NCBI GenBank assembly: GCA_002269645.1
Contig: NIVC01000695.1
Span: 372,001 to 436,000, forward strand
DNA: 64,000 nt
Reading direction: 5' to 3'
DNA from: Macrostomum lignano
Taxonomy: Eukaryota
A program made the position numbers and the translations under genes. The notes below the pieces were generated by a model, which saw only the letters and a list, made by a program, of their open reading frames with translations, ran no database searches and was not told the origin of the DNA. The first letter of the stretch is position 1. Each line of letters begins with the position of its first letter. Positions 48,055 to 60,700 of the stretch are shown one piece after another.

Positions 48055-48192
48055 AAGTGTTCACAGAAGCTGTTCATTTCAAGTCACTAATTGAATCATG
48101 ATATCACCATTAACTGGTTAAAATCTCGGATATAAAATACTTCTATATATTTATATACTTATCACACACACCTTGCAACTCTGACCTCCTGG

Positions 48193-48294
48193 TAGTAGTA
48201 GTATGATATAAGGGGCTGAGTCATCCAAGCGAGCTGGCGCGCAATGCGCCTGAGCAATAAGGGTGGCGCAGCCCCTTATATCATACTACTACTA
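48193..48294. mobile_element. 102-bp MITE with perfect 26-bp TIRs (second copy)
   Basis: Identical to 39765-39866 and in the same flanking context, so it was duplicated together with the segment. Confidence 0.8.
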
Positions 48295-48298
48295 ACAG

Positions 48299-49060
48299 TC
48301 TCGACAGATGTTGGGCGGCCCGAGGATTCTTAATTAACGCACACAAAGCATGGCTTCATTATTGGTATTGTACCCTAGGTAGACATTCATGCTTAACTAC
48401 TAAGTTTCTGATAATTTCATTAGGCCGATAGCTATCAGCATAGATGTGCCACACTGCAACAATCAAAAAAAAAGTTTTTTTTTTCAATTTACCTACGAAT
48501 TTTACATAATATTGCTTAAATTTGGGCAATCAATTTTACTATCTTACATCGTAATATATGGATATAATTTTATAAAATAAAATAGATTATAAAATATTTT
48601 ATTTTATGATTATAAAATAATTCTGCAGATTCGAGAAAGTCCTACAAGCTGATACTTTGCGGCAGCTCGAATGGCTGGATGTTCCTGGAGCCCATTACTG
48701 TGGAAAATTCGATGATATCAAGCCAATTCTAAAACTGATCAAACTGTTTTGTCCGGACAGCACTTCATCGTTGCATGTCGTTACGTGCTCGAATCAACAA
48801 TTTTCAACTTAAAATTGAGAAATGCAACGATCGTTACAAAATCCACGTAGCCAGGGTGGTCGGCGGAGTCAGCTTTGCTAATCCGTAAGTTTTACCAGAT
48901 CTACATACTAGTCATGAATATTCATTATTGGAGTAGCACAGACATTGCCAATAGTATTTAAGATTTAATAAATATTCAAATATTCCTTTTCAGATTGACC
49001 CAGCTACCGTGTGGTTGCGCCATTAAAACATGCAACCAAGTTTCTGTTAGACAGAAATAA
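48299..49060 (+). pseudogene. Tandem-family copy D (pseudogene)
   Basis: Lacks exon 1. The exon 2/3 junction forms TGA, and a 25-nt replacement of 30 nt in exon 3 shifts the frame. Confidence 0.75.
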
Positions 49061-49178
49061 AAAATAACCGATCGAATGGTTAATGTTTTGGAAGTCCAAT
49101 TTTTCTTTGAATTATTTTTGGCGGAAAAAGAAAGTTTTAAATTATTATAGCTCTAAATTAAGCGCGTATCTTCCTCTC

Positions 49179-49432
49179 CAGGGGCGTCCCCATCCATTAT
49201 GGTAGGGGGCCACAAAGCCAAGCATTCCACATGACTAAATTTCAATATTGTTTTAAGGAATCGGTGTTGTTAACACTCATTATAGCGCCGCAGGCACTCA
49301 TTTTTGCGCCACATTCAGGCACGCATTTTGGCGTTCTGAAGCAAATTTACTGATTTCCATATCGCGTCACAAAGTGTGGCGGAGGAACAAATCATTGGCA
49401 TGCCCCATAGCTTTTGCAGGAGCGACGCCCCT
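49179..49432. mobile_element. 255-bp MITE (second copy)
   Basis: Near-identical to 40709-40963. Confidence 0.7.
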
Positions 49433-50394
49433 CTCTCACAAAACTCCTTAGTGATAAAAAAGGACTTAAATATTTTAAGTTCTATTCAAAAGTTAAGTGG
49501 TCTTTGGTAAAAGTGATTAAAGTTTCCTATCAGTTTCTATTAGAAACATGAACCACTTAGTGTGTCCAAACCTTAATTTTGAATTCCTCGAAGTCCTCAG
49601 TTCATAATCGCTGTCAACTGGTATTATCCGCTGAGCTGTTTTTTGTACACACGATAAGAGATTCGCTTCACACTCTTCTCTTGCTAGTCTCAGTAGGCAG
49701 CTAAAATAAAGTATAAATTAGAGGACCGTTCATGTTTGGGAAGTGCAAGCATACCAATTAATTTGAAATACGAAATCTCCCATTTCAGCGGTCATGTCAC
49801 CTACTCACGAATGATTGACGTCACACGAAATGATTTTCAGCACGAAATGAGCCACTTTCCTGTACTATACATACTACTGCCAATAGCGGTGGAAGTTTCT
49901 TCTACCATTTTCTTCCCTGCCTTCCCCATTTTCCTTCCCTCTCCCCCATCTGTTTTTATCCTTTGTCTACCCCTAGTCTACGGTAGCAAAATAAAGAGCA
50001 TACATACCAGTCATGAATATCCGTTGTTTGAGTTGTTACCAACTATTACCAACTATTATACAAATATACAAATATTAACAGCAATAGGAATGTAATCCAA
50101 TATACTAAAATGGTTTATGAGTGTCTGTGGTTACAGGGGGGATAGCATATTGCCTAAGCAAAAAAAACACGGCACACTGGCTGTCTCTACAGATCCCCAA
50201 CCCCCCTACCCCATTGCTCAACTTCAAATCGAAAGAGCTAGTTCATTTAGCTTGTTTAGCAGAACTGCCGCCTTGCAACACAGGGATAAAAATGGGGGGT
50301 GTTCTATTATAGCTTCCAGTCCGTATCTCTAGAAGTCCCTGGTCAGACTAAGCGTGAGAGAGAGGGTTGGAATTGTCAGCCTCCCGCTCAACTC

Positions 50395-53300
50395 AACCCT
50401 TGTCAATGCGATACGGCAACGAAATCTGACTTACTCGAAATGTGAAAATCTAACTTTATTCAGCGAATAGCACAATAAGTCATGCAGACAAAATTATCAG
50501 CTGAATTTAATATTATTTTTTTTTATTATTTACTTAGACTTAGCAGAATCGCGATTTGTATAAGAGCTCAGCTCAAATATCAGGAATTCCATTGGGTATT
50601 ACTCCTATATGTTAACTCTGCTTTTATCCCTGACGCTTTTCACAGGAACAATGCCAACTGCATGAATCTGCGCCGTCCAGATTTCTTCAAGACGAAGATG
50701 ACCGTGAGTTTCTAATGCAAGGCCTGCGCGAGGGATTTTGCCTGATCACCGAAACTCGTTCCGCCAATCCGATGTCGAGAATTATGTATGGCTCATGCAA
50801 GCTGCATGAACGAGAGCAAGGTCGAGAAGCAGATCTACTGCTACCGTCGCGCCGCAAAGAGACCCACGAAAGTGTCTGTCAGTGTAGAAACATTTGACGA
50901 AAAACTGTAAGAGTTGTAAGAATCGATCCACTTTTCAGATAAAAATAGTTACAATACAGCTGTGCTGGGTGAGAGATCTTAGTACGATGACATGCTCGAA
51001 ACTTCTGTGCATTTAGTTAGAATAGTAAAGCCTCGCTATTTCATCTGGGAGACAATGTGTACAGTATTTTGGAACTACATTCAGGCTTTGCTGATTTTTA
51101 CAAAGCAAATAAACTGCAGAATGAATTTTGGAACGTCTTTGACTTCTTCTTTTCGGCGGATATAGCTCGTAGATAGAGTTAGCTAATTATTAAACTTTAA
51201 CTTACGCGTGTGACTCTCCAAACTCTTTAGTGATAATTGCTCACAATCCTCAGCTCTTACTCGCTGTCAACTAGTCTTATATGCACTGAGTTTAGGACCT
51301 CACCTGTGACCACACACAAGTTCTAATTTGACTATCGGTGTAGAACTTTTCGTACACACGATTAGAGATTCGCTTCACTCTTGCTACTCTTCAGTAGGCG
51401 ATTTCCTAAGATAGAAATCGGAAGTCGCATTGAAAAACTCGGTCCTTAATGAAGTTTCCTATGTATAGTTCTATGCATGCACACCAGTATTAGCCGGCCT
51501 CTCAATCGCTAATGGTGAACCAGGGGGAGAAACTAATTAGATATGAAAAGAAATAAATAGTGGCATCCTATTGTCGCCAACTCTATAGGTCACCGCTTCC
51601 ATTTAAGAGCCTTAAGTTTACATAAAATCCCCTTTTCTCATTTATCCCCACCAAAATAGCCCCTAGGGACTGTGGGATTTCGTCAATGAAGGCGTTTCTT
51701 TTTTCTTTAGAAGAGAATTTTTCGCGTTGGTTCTATTTTTACTTGTTGCTTATAAAATGCTTTGGAGTTCACTTCCTCTCCTGATATGAGCAGTTAAAAC
51801 TAATTTCAGCACTGCCGCATAACAGCAATGCCAAATGATACCTCCTCGCCAGTGTACAACTGGTTGGAATTGTACTATGGGAACGTCCAACAACCAAGGT
51901 AAGATTTTCTATGACCTGATGGCTATCCAGTCGCCCTAGAATTACATGTATATTTATGCAGTAAAACTGAAAGATGTTAAGATGTTAAGATACTTTGACC
52001 TCGATAACATTCTACTTAATTATCTATAGTCAGAAATGAGAAAATTACCGATGCGCCTCGTCCCACAAAACATATTTGTGGTTTAGTTAGCATAGAATCA
52101 GAGTAAAGATTTTCAATAGTCTCGACAGACGTTGGGCGGCCCGAGGATTTTTAATTAACGCCCACGAAGCATGGTTTTATTATTGGTATTTTACCATAGG
52201 CATTCATGCTTAACTACTAAGTTTCTGATAATTTCATTATGTCGATCGCGATCAGCATATAGATGTGTCACACACTGCACCAATCAAAAATAACGTTTTT
52301 TCAATTAAACTACTAAGAATTTTATATAAGATTGCTTAAAATTTGCCAATCAATTTTACTATCTTACATCTTAATACATGGATATGCCGATCCAATAAAT
52401 ATTTCTGCAGCTTCGAGGAAGTCCTGGCTTCTGATACTGAGCGTAAGCTGAAACGGCAGGATTGTCCTGGAGCCCATTACTGTGGCAAATTAAATGATAT
52501 CACGCAACTTCTAAACGTTATTGGTCTGCCGAACGAAAAAATTGGCTATGGTAGGCCACTACGGTTGCTAACAAACGATTTTCAACTGACCATTAAAAAG
52601 ATTGCTGATGGGTATGAAATCCACCTTGCTAAGGCCGTATATGGCCGAACGTTTTCAGAATGGTAAGTTTTACTGGAGCTACATTACTAGTCTAATAAAT
52701 ATTTATTATTTGAATTGCACAGATATTGCCAATAGTATTTAAGATGTACTAAATATAAAAAAAATAATATTCCATTTCAGATCGGTCACGCTTCCTTGCG
52801 GTTGCGCTATGTAGATTGACTCGTACCCGGACAGTTCCTGTTGAGATCTGAGAGCTAATGACGATGCACATTGCGTGTGTCTGACCCAGTTTCGATCGGA
52901 TCTCCGGGAGCTCTACCGGAATGTCTTCCATGGAATTTATTTATCCATCTTTTTGCACATTCCATGGAACTGCATTGCATTCGTGTTCTTGCTGTATTCT
53001 ACAGAAATAAACGCAAATAATTTTTTGAAAGAATTATTTTTCGTTGACTCTTCATTTTGGCGGGTATAGAAAATTGTTTGATTTATAACTTTAATCTCTT
53101 TCCAATCCAACTATGAAAATAGGACTATCAATAGGACTTACATACTTACTTTTGATTTAAAAGTTTAGCGGTCTTTAGTCGAAGCTACTAAAGTTAGTGT
53201 CAGCTGGTCTTATCCACTGAGCTGAGGACCTCACTAACTACCTATGCAGAAATTGTGGAGATTCCCTTCACACTCTTCTCTCGCTACTCTCAGTAGGCAA

Positions 53301-55090
53301 GCTAAAATAAATTAGAAACTAAGGAAATTAATTTTTGGGAAGTACGAGCTTACTATAAATATTGTTTTAAAGTGCGTAATCTCCCATTTTCAGCGTTCGT
53401 CACCCATGCAGTCACGAGTCACGAATGACCGACGTCACTCCGTCACCGAAACAGTGCGTTTTCGACAACACAGGCGCTGTAACCAACTTGATGACTGTTT
53501 TGGAGACATAAAGCTTCCGTTTTAAACACACAATGCAACAGTGCATTTTAAGTGCATTAATTCTTTTATGATTTCTTATCGCAATTCAATGAGGACTGAA
53601 TTTCGAGCCCCTTTCCCTCTACTGTACATACTACTGCCAGTAGCGATGGCATTTTCTTCCACCATTTTCTTCCCATTTCTTCCCCATTTTTCCGTTGTCT
53701 ACGGTAGCAAAATAAATAGCATATACATACTATTCATGAATATCTGTTGTTTGAGTTGCACAAATATTGCCAACAATAATAATGTAAATAAGATTGTCTA
53801 AATATTCAACGGTAATTATTTCATTGTACTGACAGCATATTGCCCAATCTACATATGCTTTGCTGTTAGAGTAGAATTCCCCATTTTGCCGATTTCATAC
53901 TGCATCAAATGTCTTACACTTGCTTTTGCTGGACCTCTTTTTCTTCAGCTGTGCTTAGTTTATTTATTTATTCTTTATTATCTTTTATCTTTAAGCTTCC
54001 GGATGGTCAGCAGAGCTGACTATGTACCAACAGCCTTTACTGCTGGTAATCTTTTAGAGTCTATGGTAAAAGAAAAGTTATGTGCTGCACAGTAGCCGTT
54101 CCTGCCGAGCATGGTCAGCAGCGCTGATCATACGAAAAATGGGTGAAAAAAGTCCTACATATCTGCAATGGAATGCAGCGACTCGGTTTCAGTATTCTCT
54201 GTGATGACATCATCAGTCTCAGAATTTCCATGCAAAATTTCTATGGTTGTAGCTGATTTACTTTTCAATAAACTGATATAACTGATATACTCTTATTAAG
54301 GAGGTGCAGTGCTTTCTCTTTCAAAAATGCCTGTTTGCAGAATTTAAAGTGAACTGTAGTGTCTATTGCTAGATATCGAGTGTACGCACTGCATAATCTA
54401 TTCAGAGAGCATTAAGTGAAATTTACATTTTGAGACTGCTTTTTTCGACCCTAGATTTGTCCAAGCCAAGTATAAATGCTCCATTCTCGGCTAGAAAGGC
54501 TTTGCACAGCGGCGCATTAAGATTCTAGCTATAGTCTATGGTCAGCTCAGCTGGAACGGAGCTTTTGCATTTCTAGCTCCGGCGCGAAAAGGATCCTTCA
54601 GTATGCTTAACTCATGTCATTCACTCACTCATTTTTTTTCTCCCATTGCCTTTATTCGTCCCTATTTTAAAATACCGTTTTTAATTAACTACTGTGGAAT
54701 TGAGTAAATCAAAATACTCAGTATGTGACAAGGGCCCTCCTTCGCCCTTGCCGCCTCTTTGCCTTCCTTTCTTGGCGTCGTTTGCTAAAGATCGAAAATT
54801 TTAATGCCAGAAGTCACGAGAGTCGGCTTTGGGCCGCTTTTAAGCATATGCAAAACACTTAGCAAACTAGATGCATTAAATTTATTGCGTATTGTATAAT
54901 TTTGCCTCAATTAATAGATATTTATTTTCGTTTCCAACTATTCTACATTCCCAGCTTTTATCAAAAAATAATAAAAGCTGGCTGATTGGCTGAATTATGT
55001 ATCCAGACGAGTTCGAGTATCCAGACGAGTTCGAGTATCCAGAAGAGTTCGAGTATCCAGAAGAGTTCGAGTATCCAGAAGAGTTCGAGT
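50395..55090 (+). repeat. Recent segmental duplicate of ~42790-48055 (offset ~7.6 kb)
   Basis: Identical ORF translations at offset 7595 (43120/50715, 44748/52343) and 7585 (45956/53541, 46301/53886). In addition, ~39600-41810 is duplicated at ~48030-50140. Confidence 0.92.
51828..52814 (+). CDS. Tandem-family copy E (near-identical to C; exons 51828-51898, 52120-52185, 52411-52662, 52781-52814)
   Basis: Same splice sites, same open frame and same TG|A junction as copy C. Confidence 0.72.
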
Positions 55091-55239
55091 AAGTGTTCAC
55101 ATAAGCTGTCATTTCAAGTCACTAATTATATCCCCATTAACTAGCTGATAACTAGCTATCAGCATAGATGTGTCACACTGCACCAATCAAAAATGAAGTT
55201 TTTTTTTTCAATTAAACTACTACGAAGTTTATATAAGAT

Positions 55240-56042
55240 TGTCACGTTATTTGATGTTGGCCGTGACCCTTAAAAGGGCCGTTTTAGTCCCAAAATAAGT
55301 TGAAGTCAACTTAGGCGAAGTGGATGGTGTAGCGGAGCACTTGGCGATAAAGGCAGGAACTGCCGTAGTTGTCTTTATTGTTAATATCAGTATTAAGTTT
55401 GGTTGTTACTGGCAATAAACAGACTATAGCTTTCTGGGCACTGGCGGCTGCAACAATGGGTTCTTTTAAGATAAATTGGATGTGAGTTCAAGCGACAGAC
55501 GAGTGAGGTAATGGCGACGTAACGTGATGATCAATGGCAATGAGTACAGAAGAGGCAGTGAGACGTAGTAGGCAGATGAGCAGTGGCGAAGTTGGCGTCA
55601 GTCGTGGCGTGAGGCAAGGAGGCTCGAGGCAGCCAGACAGAGAGAAGGAAAACAAGGCCGTAAAAACACACACAAGGCCAAGGACAGGCCGGGAGGAAGA
55701 GAGAAGCACAGATAAGGACAGGAGTGAGGAGTGCCCGCCGCCAGGCGGGGTTTAATAAAGGAGCGCAGAGGGGGGGTAGCGCGAAGCACGAGTGATTTCA
55801 TTGGCTGGCGAGAGAACTTAAAATTATCGATCGTGCCAATTTTATACGGTCGCGAGAGAGGATAGCAAAATATACAGTGAATTAGAAATTGCCACAAAAT
55901 CGTTGGCCATTACTACAAGTAAACGTCGCAATAAACGAATGGAAAAGTTTAGTTGAAACGGTGAAACTGAAGGGTTGAATGACTATGGAGAACAGCAGTC
56001 CAACGGCCCTTTTCAAGACCACCTTAAACTGACAACGTCACA
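55240..56042. mobile_element. 803-bp TGT...ACA insertion: Ginger-like non-autonomous DNA transposon or solo LTR
   Basis: 4-bp TSD AGAT at 55236-55239 and 56043-56046. The empty site TATAAGATTGCTT is seen in paralogous introns. Imperfect ~44-bp TIR including AAAAGGGCCGTT / AACGGCCCTTTT. Confidence 0.8.
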
Positions 56043-56124
56043 AGATTGCTTAAAATTTGCCAATCAATTTACTATCTTACATCTTAATACATGGATATGC
56101 CGATCCAATTAAATATTTCTGCAG

Positions 56125-56532
56125 CTTCGAGGAAGTCCTGGCTTATGATACTGAGCGTGAGCTGAAACAGCTGGATGATATTGGAGACCATTACTGTGGC
56201 AAATTAAATGATATCACGCAACTTCTAAACACTATTGGTCTGCCCAACGAAAAAAATGGCATTGATAAACTTGTGCCACTACGGTTGCTAACAAAGAATT
56301 TTCAACTGAACAATAAAAATATTGATGATGGGTATGAAATCCACCTGGCTAGGGCCGTATATGGCCTAACGTTTTCAGACTGGTAAGTTTTACTGGATCT
56401 AAATTACTAGTCTAATGAATATTTATTATTTGAATTGCACAGATATTGCCAATAGTATTTAAGATGTACTAAATATAAAAAATAATATTCCATTTCAGAT
56501 CGGTCACGCTTCCTTGCGGTTGTGCCATGTAG
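56125..56532 (+). pseudogene. Tandem-family copy F (exons 3-4 only: 56125-56382, 56499-56532)
   Basis: Exon 3 is open (FEEVLAYDT..HYCGKLNDI..ARAVYGLTFSD), then TG|A, then SVTLPCGCAM*. Exons 1-2 were not found upstream. Confidence 0.6.
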
Positions 56533-59500
56533 ATTGACTCGGACCCGGACAGTTCCTGTTGAGATCTGAGAGCTTATGACGATACACATTGTGTGTGTCC
56601 GACCCAGATTCGATCGGATCTCCAGGAACTGTACCGGGGTCAAATAAACGTCAAGTCAATGAATTTTTGGAACGTTTATTTTTCTTTGACTTCTTTTTGG
56701 CGTGCATAGAAAGTGTTATTAAGTTAACTTTAACTCTCTTTCCAATATCTGTAGTGGCAACTAGGACTAAAATATTTTAAGTTTGATTGAAAATTTTAGT
56801 GGTATTTAGTCAAAGTTACTAAAGTTACTTAAGTTTCTATTAGAAACATGAACCACTTAGTGTGTCCAAACCTGCAGTTGGAATTCCTCAAAGTCCTCAG
56901 TTCTTACTCACTGTCAACTGGTCTTATTTGCTAAGCTTTGGACTTCACCTGCAACCACCAACTACTGGTGCAGAGTTTTTTGTACACACGATAAGAGATT
57001 TGCTTCACACTCTTCTCTCGCTACCCTCAGTAGGCAAGCTAATACTAGACTAAAGTAGAAACTAGAGCAAAAATATTTTTGAAGTGCGAAATCTACCATT
57101 TCAGAGGCCAAGTCACCAATAGTCACGAATGACTGACGTCACTTCGTCGCTCAGAACGGACACTGAGCATTCGTGAATCTTCTACTACATGACTATTTTG
57201 GAGATATAAGGCCTCCGTTCTAGACACACAATGCAACAGTGCATTTTAATGCATTCATTTAAATGCTTCTTTATTGCATTTCACGAGTACTGACTTTCAG
57301 CACGAGATGAGCCCCTTCCCTTGTACTATACATACTACTGCCAGTAGCAATGGCATTTTCTTCCACCTCTGTCTTTCCCATTTTTTTCTTCCCTCTCTTC
57401 TCATATTTTATCTACCCTAGTCTACGGTAGCAAAATAAAGAGTCTACACACTAGTCATGAATATCCATTGTTTGCGTGGCACAAATATTACCAACAATAG
57501 GAACGTAAATATGATTGTCTAAATATTCAACGACAATATTCTATTTTGCCGTTACAGTATAATACAGATAGTGTGTGATAGATATCGAGATAGCGAGATA
57601 ATTGATATTAGATAAGATCTGATATAGAAAATGTAAATAATCCTTCGCATCATTTACTCTCCTTCGCAGCTGACGACAAAGTGACGCCGTCATCCGGTCG
57701 TAACTTTAACTGGAACTTTGATTCAAAAAGTAAGTGGTCAAAGTTACTAAAGCTATTAGCATTTACTATTAGAAACGTGAGCTGATAACTGTGTCCAAAT
57801 TTCTGAGGTTAAAATTCCTCACAATCCCCAGTTATTTTATTCTCTTTCAGCTGGTCTTATCCGCTGAGCTGAGAACCTCACAGCTGCGACCGCACACAGA
57901 AGTTATATCGTATACCACGGTAAAAGACTCTTCTCTTCCTACTCTTCAGTAGGCTCAAAAAAGTCTCAAAAAAGAAGTCGGAAATCGCATTGAAGAAAAC
58001 TGATCTGAGGCTTGAATGGAGTTTTCTAAGTAGTGCTATGCATGCACACTAGTATTTGCTGGCCTCTAAATAATGCTGAAGCAGGATGAGACACTTTATT
58101 TAGGAATTGAGAGCGATTAATTTGAAGTGCAAAATTTCCCATTTCAGAAATCAAGTCACCTATAGTCACGAATGGCCAACGTCGCTCCATCACAGGACGC
58201 ACTGGGCTTGACATCACAGGCTTTGCAACTTCGGTATTGAAGTAGAGAATTCAGACTTCCTGGTCATCTGGTCTGACGTGTGACTACATAATCATCTTCA
58301 ATAAGCAATGCAGTTCCTGTTCATTCCCCACTAAGACAAGCGAATATCCCCTTTGACATTTTATTGGTACAGACCACTAGACTAACTGTGAGTCCAATCC
58401 AATCTTACGAGCGTATTTACTTACTCAATCAATCGGATCCCAAGCGTCAAAATAAAGAAAAGGAAATCCAACTTAGCACCAGTAACATCACCAAAGCATT
58501 GAACTTCCCAACTGGACTCACCTGCCTACCGGGCCAACTTGAAACTAAGATGAGATTCACGCTAACAGAGTGCCATGAGGCCGAAATCCCAAATCGTCGA
58601 ACGCCTACTTTTTGTCCACAAACAAAAATCTACAACTAGAAATGGATTGGATGGATGCTAATTTTTACTGAATAGAAATTAAGATTTCATTCAAACATCT
58701 CGTCATCGTGAATTGATATTTTTGGGCAGTGAAAGTACATCGCTGTTTATGAACATGCTACAGAATTTTTTTTCCGTTTTTTTGTAGCAGACTTTTGTCT
58801 GAAAGAATTGATCAATCGGCTCTCTATGTTCACTCGGTACTCTTTGTTTTGATTGTTTTTTGTAATATTTGCGTTTACCTTTCTGATCACAATTTAGCAA
58901 CGACATTTAAGCTTTTAAAATGAGCTTTCAAACAGAATCTTGCTCGTAAATTCATTCATTGATACATGTAACAATCTGCTACCTCGTATCATATTTTTAT
59001 GCAAGGTTAACAGCAGCTTCAAGAAAACACGTAGCTAGGGCTTTTAGTGCCAGCCGTTCACTCCGCCTGGGCAATGACCTTGGTTGACCCTCAGCTTCAG
59101 TTGGTAGCTCCTGCATGCAGATTCCGATCAGTTCTCGTTGGCGAATTGTTATCTCTCGTTGGAGCAGCTTCTCTTGTTGGCGACTCTCTGCTGACTCTGT
59201 GGCGCAGACGGTCTCTAAGCTGTCCTACAGCCAGTTGGTCAATCGATAATTCAGTCATTGTAGATTTGGCAGATTGGAATCACGCATTTAAAAAAAATGG
59301 CTTTATTTATATTTTTTTTCAATAATAATTTTTAATTTACATTAGAAATAAAACTGAATGATACATTTTGCAACTGCGGTGTTCCAATTTAAATCGATTT
59401 ATTTGTGAATCATTTTTGCTTTTATCAAACCAAAACACTATTTAGCTTTTAGTCATAATCCAACGTCAAATCATGATCTGGTGGATTAACTAGTTGCTAT

Positions 59501-59820
59501 TGGAAAGGTATTTTTTGAAGTAAGCATACTTTCAAGTCACTGCATCAAGAACTTAAATTGAAGAGATTAAGCTCAATTGGAGCGGGAGAGGAAGAGGAAA
59601 TTTGAAGCGAAATCAGCGTTGTTTTCACCTCAGTGTTAAGAGTTTCTCGAGTTTCGCTTTTGGAATGACATCGCCTAAGTACAGAGTGCAAATACAGCAA
59701 AATCGTTAAAGCTCACTTTGCAAATCCTTCCATATGCCTATTAATGCATTTGTCAAGGACTACCCCAAGAAGTTCTTAAATAGTCCTTGATCTTAGAGGC
59801 ATAGGTAAAAAAGTATGGCT

Positions 59821-60062
59821 TACTTTTGACTTAGCTGCAGGGGGCATTGAATGCAGCGGGGAGGCAAAGGGGGGGGCAGTCCCTGGTGACATCGACTTTC
59901 AGTCGGTTGTTGGTCGATGAGTATAGTGTCCCTCAGTGGAATCCGTCGGTCTCCGGTCTCACACTCGTCGAGGAACCCAGTGTGGTGCCATGATCGATTT
60001 GAGTTCTACTTGGATGCTGCACTACAGTGCTGGGCTATGGCCGTAAAGAAAGGTAGTTACGA
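59821..60062 (-). mobile_element. 5'-truncated 3' fragment of a related LOA-like LINE
   Basis: TTGACTTAGCTGCAGGG...CAGCGGGGAGGC matches 15017-15060 of the full-length element. Confidence 0.6.
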
Positions 60063-60416
60063 CCTTTAAAATCGGTGACTTTAAATAGACATAAGCAACA
60101 TTTTTGTTCTCCTGAATACGCAGAGCCTGAATTTACAATCCGAGACAGAAATCCGCGACCGAAAAGGGATGTATGATAGCTGGAAAGTCGGCTTCAACTT
60201 ATTGGTCTTATTAGCACTCTTTATATAAGCGGTGTCCGTCTTATTTCTGTGGTTATTCAGCGTCATTTATTGGGGAGGTTCGCAGTCCTACGCTGGTAGT
60301 GGGCCATTGTTTTAATAAAGAAGGATAAATTAATCTGTAGTTTTAATGTATAGTTCATATCCGGAGGCTTAAATATGAATAGATACCGATAGAATATCTG
60401 CTTTACCGTCCAGCAG

Positions 60417-60700
60417 GGTTTGTAGACTAGTGGTTAGACCGTCAGACTCACCACTGAAAGGTCGGGGTTCGATTCTCGACCCATGTGTGTCCTTGAGCAA
60501 GACACTTAACTCCGCATTGCTTCAGTTCATCCAGCTGTAAAATGGCTGCCAGCATTAGCTGGGGTAATTGGGGGTGTGTGCGATGCCCCCCCCCCACCCC
60601 CAGTCCTTGGACTGAACAGCCGTACGCAGCCTTCAGATGCGCCGCGCAATAGCTGCGGCTGAGCTGTCGGTTGCACATCTGGCCCAATTGGGGTGGGTGT
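60417..60700 (+). mobile_element. tRNA-derived CORE-SINE
   Basis: A box TAGACTAGTGG (~60423) and B box GGTTCGATTC (60466-60475), then GTGTCCTTGAGCAAGACACTTAAC..CTTCAGTT..CAGCTGTAAAATGG, resembling the MIR CORE consensus. The 3' end is approximate. Confidence 0.8.

Noticed and set aside
47444-48090. (YSNSSG)n, (ILELFW)n and (IQKSSS)n ORFs
   Set aside because: An 18-nt unit is stop-free in several frames by construction, and there is no flanking coding support.
48360-48632. Cys-to-TGA junction codon in copy D as selenocysteine
   Set aside because: Copy D lacks exon 1, is frameshifted, and lacks the 3' hairpin, so simple decay is more likely.
59754-59789. 36-bp CAAGGACTAC...TAGTCCTTG hairpin sharing TIRs with the 2789-3068 MITE
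   Set aside because: Too short to call; at most an internally deleted remnant.
60417-60485. tRNA gene
   Set aside because: No complete cloverleaf or acceptor stem, and it continues into a CORE domain, so it is a SINE head.
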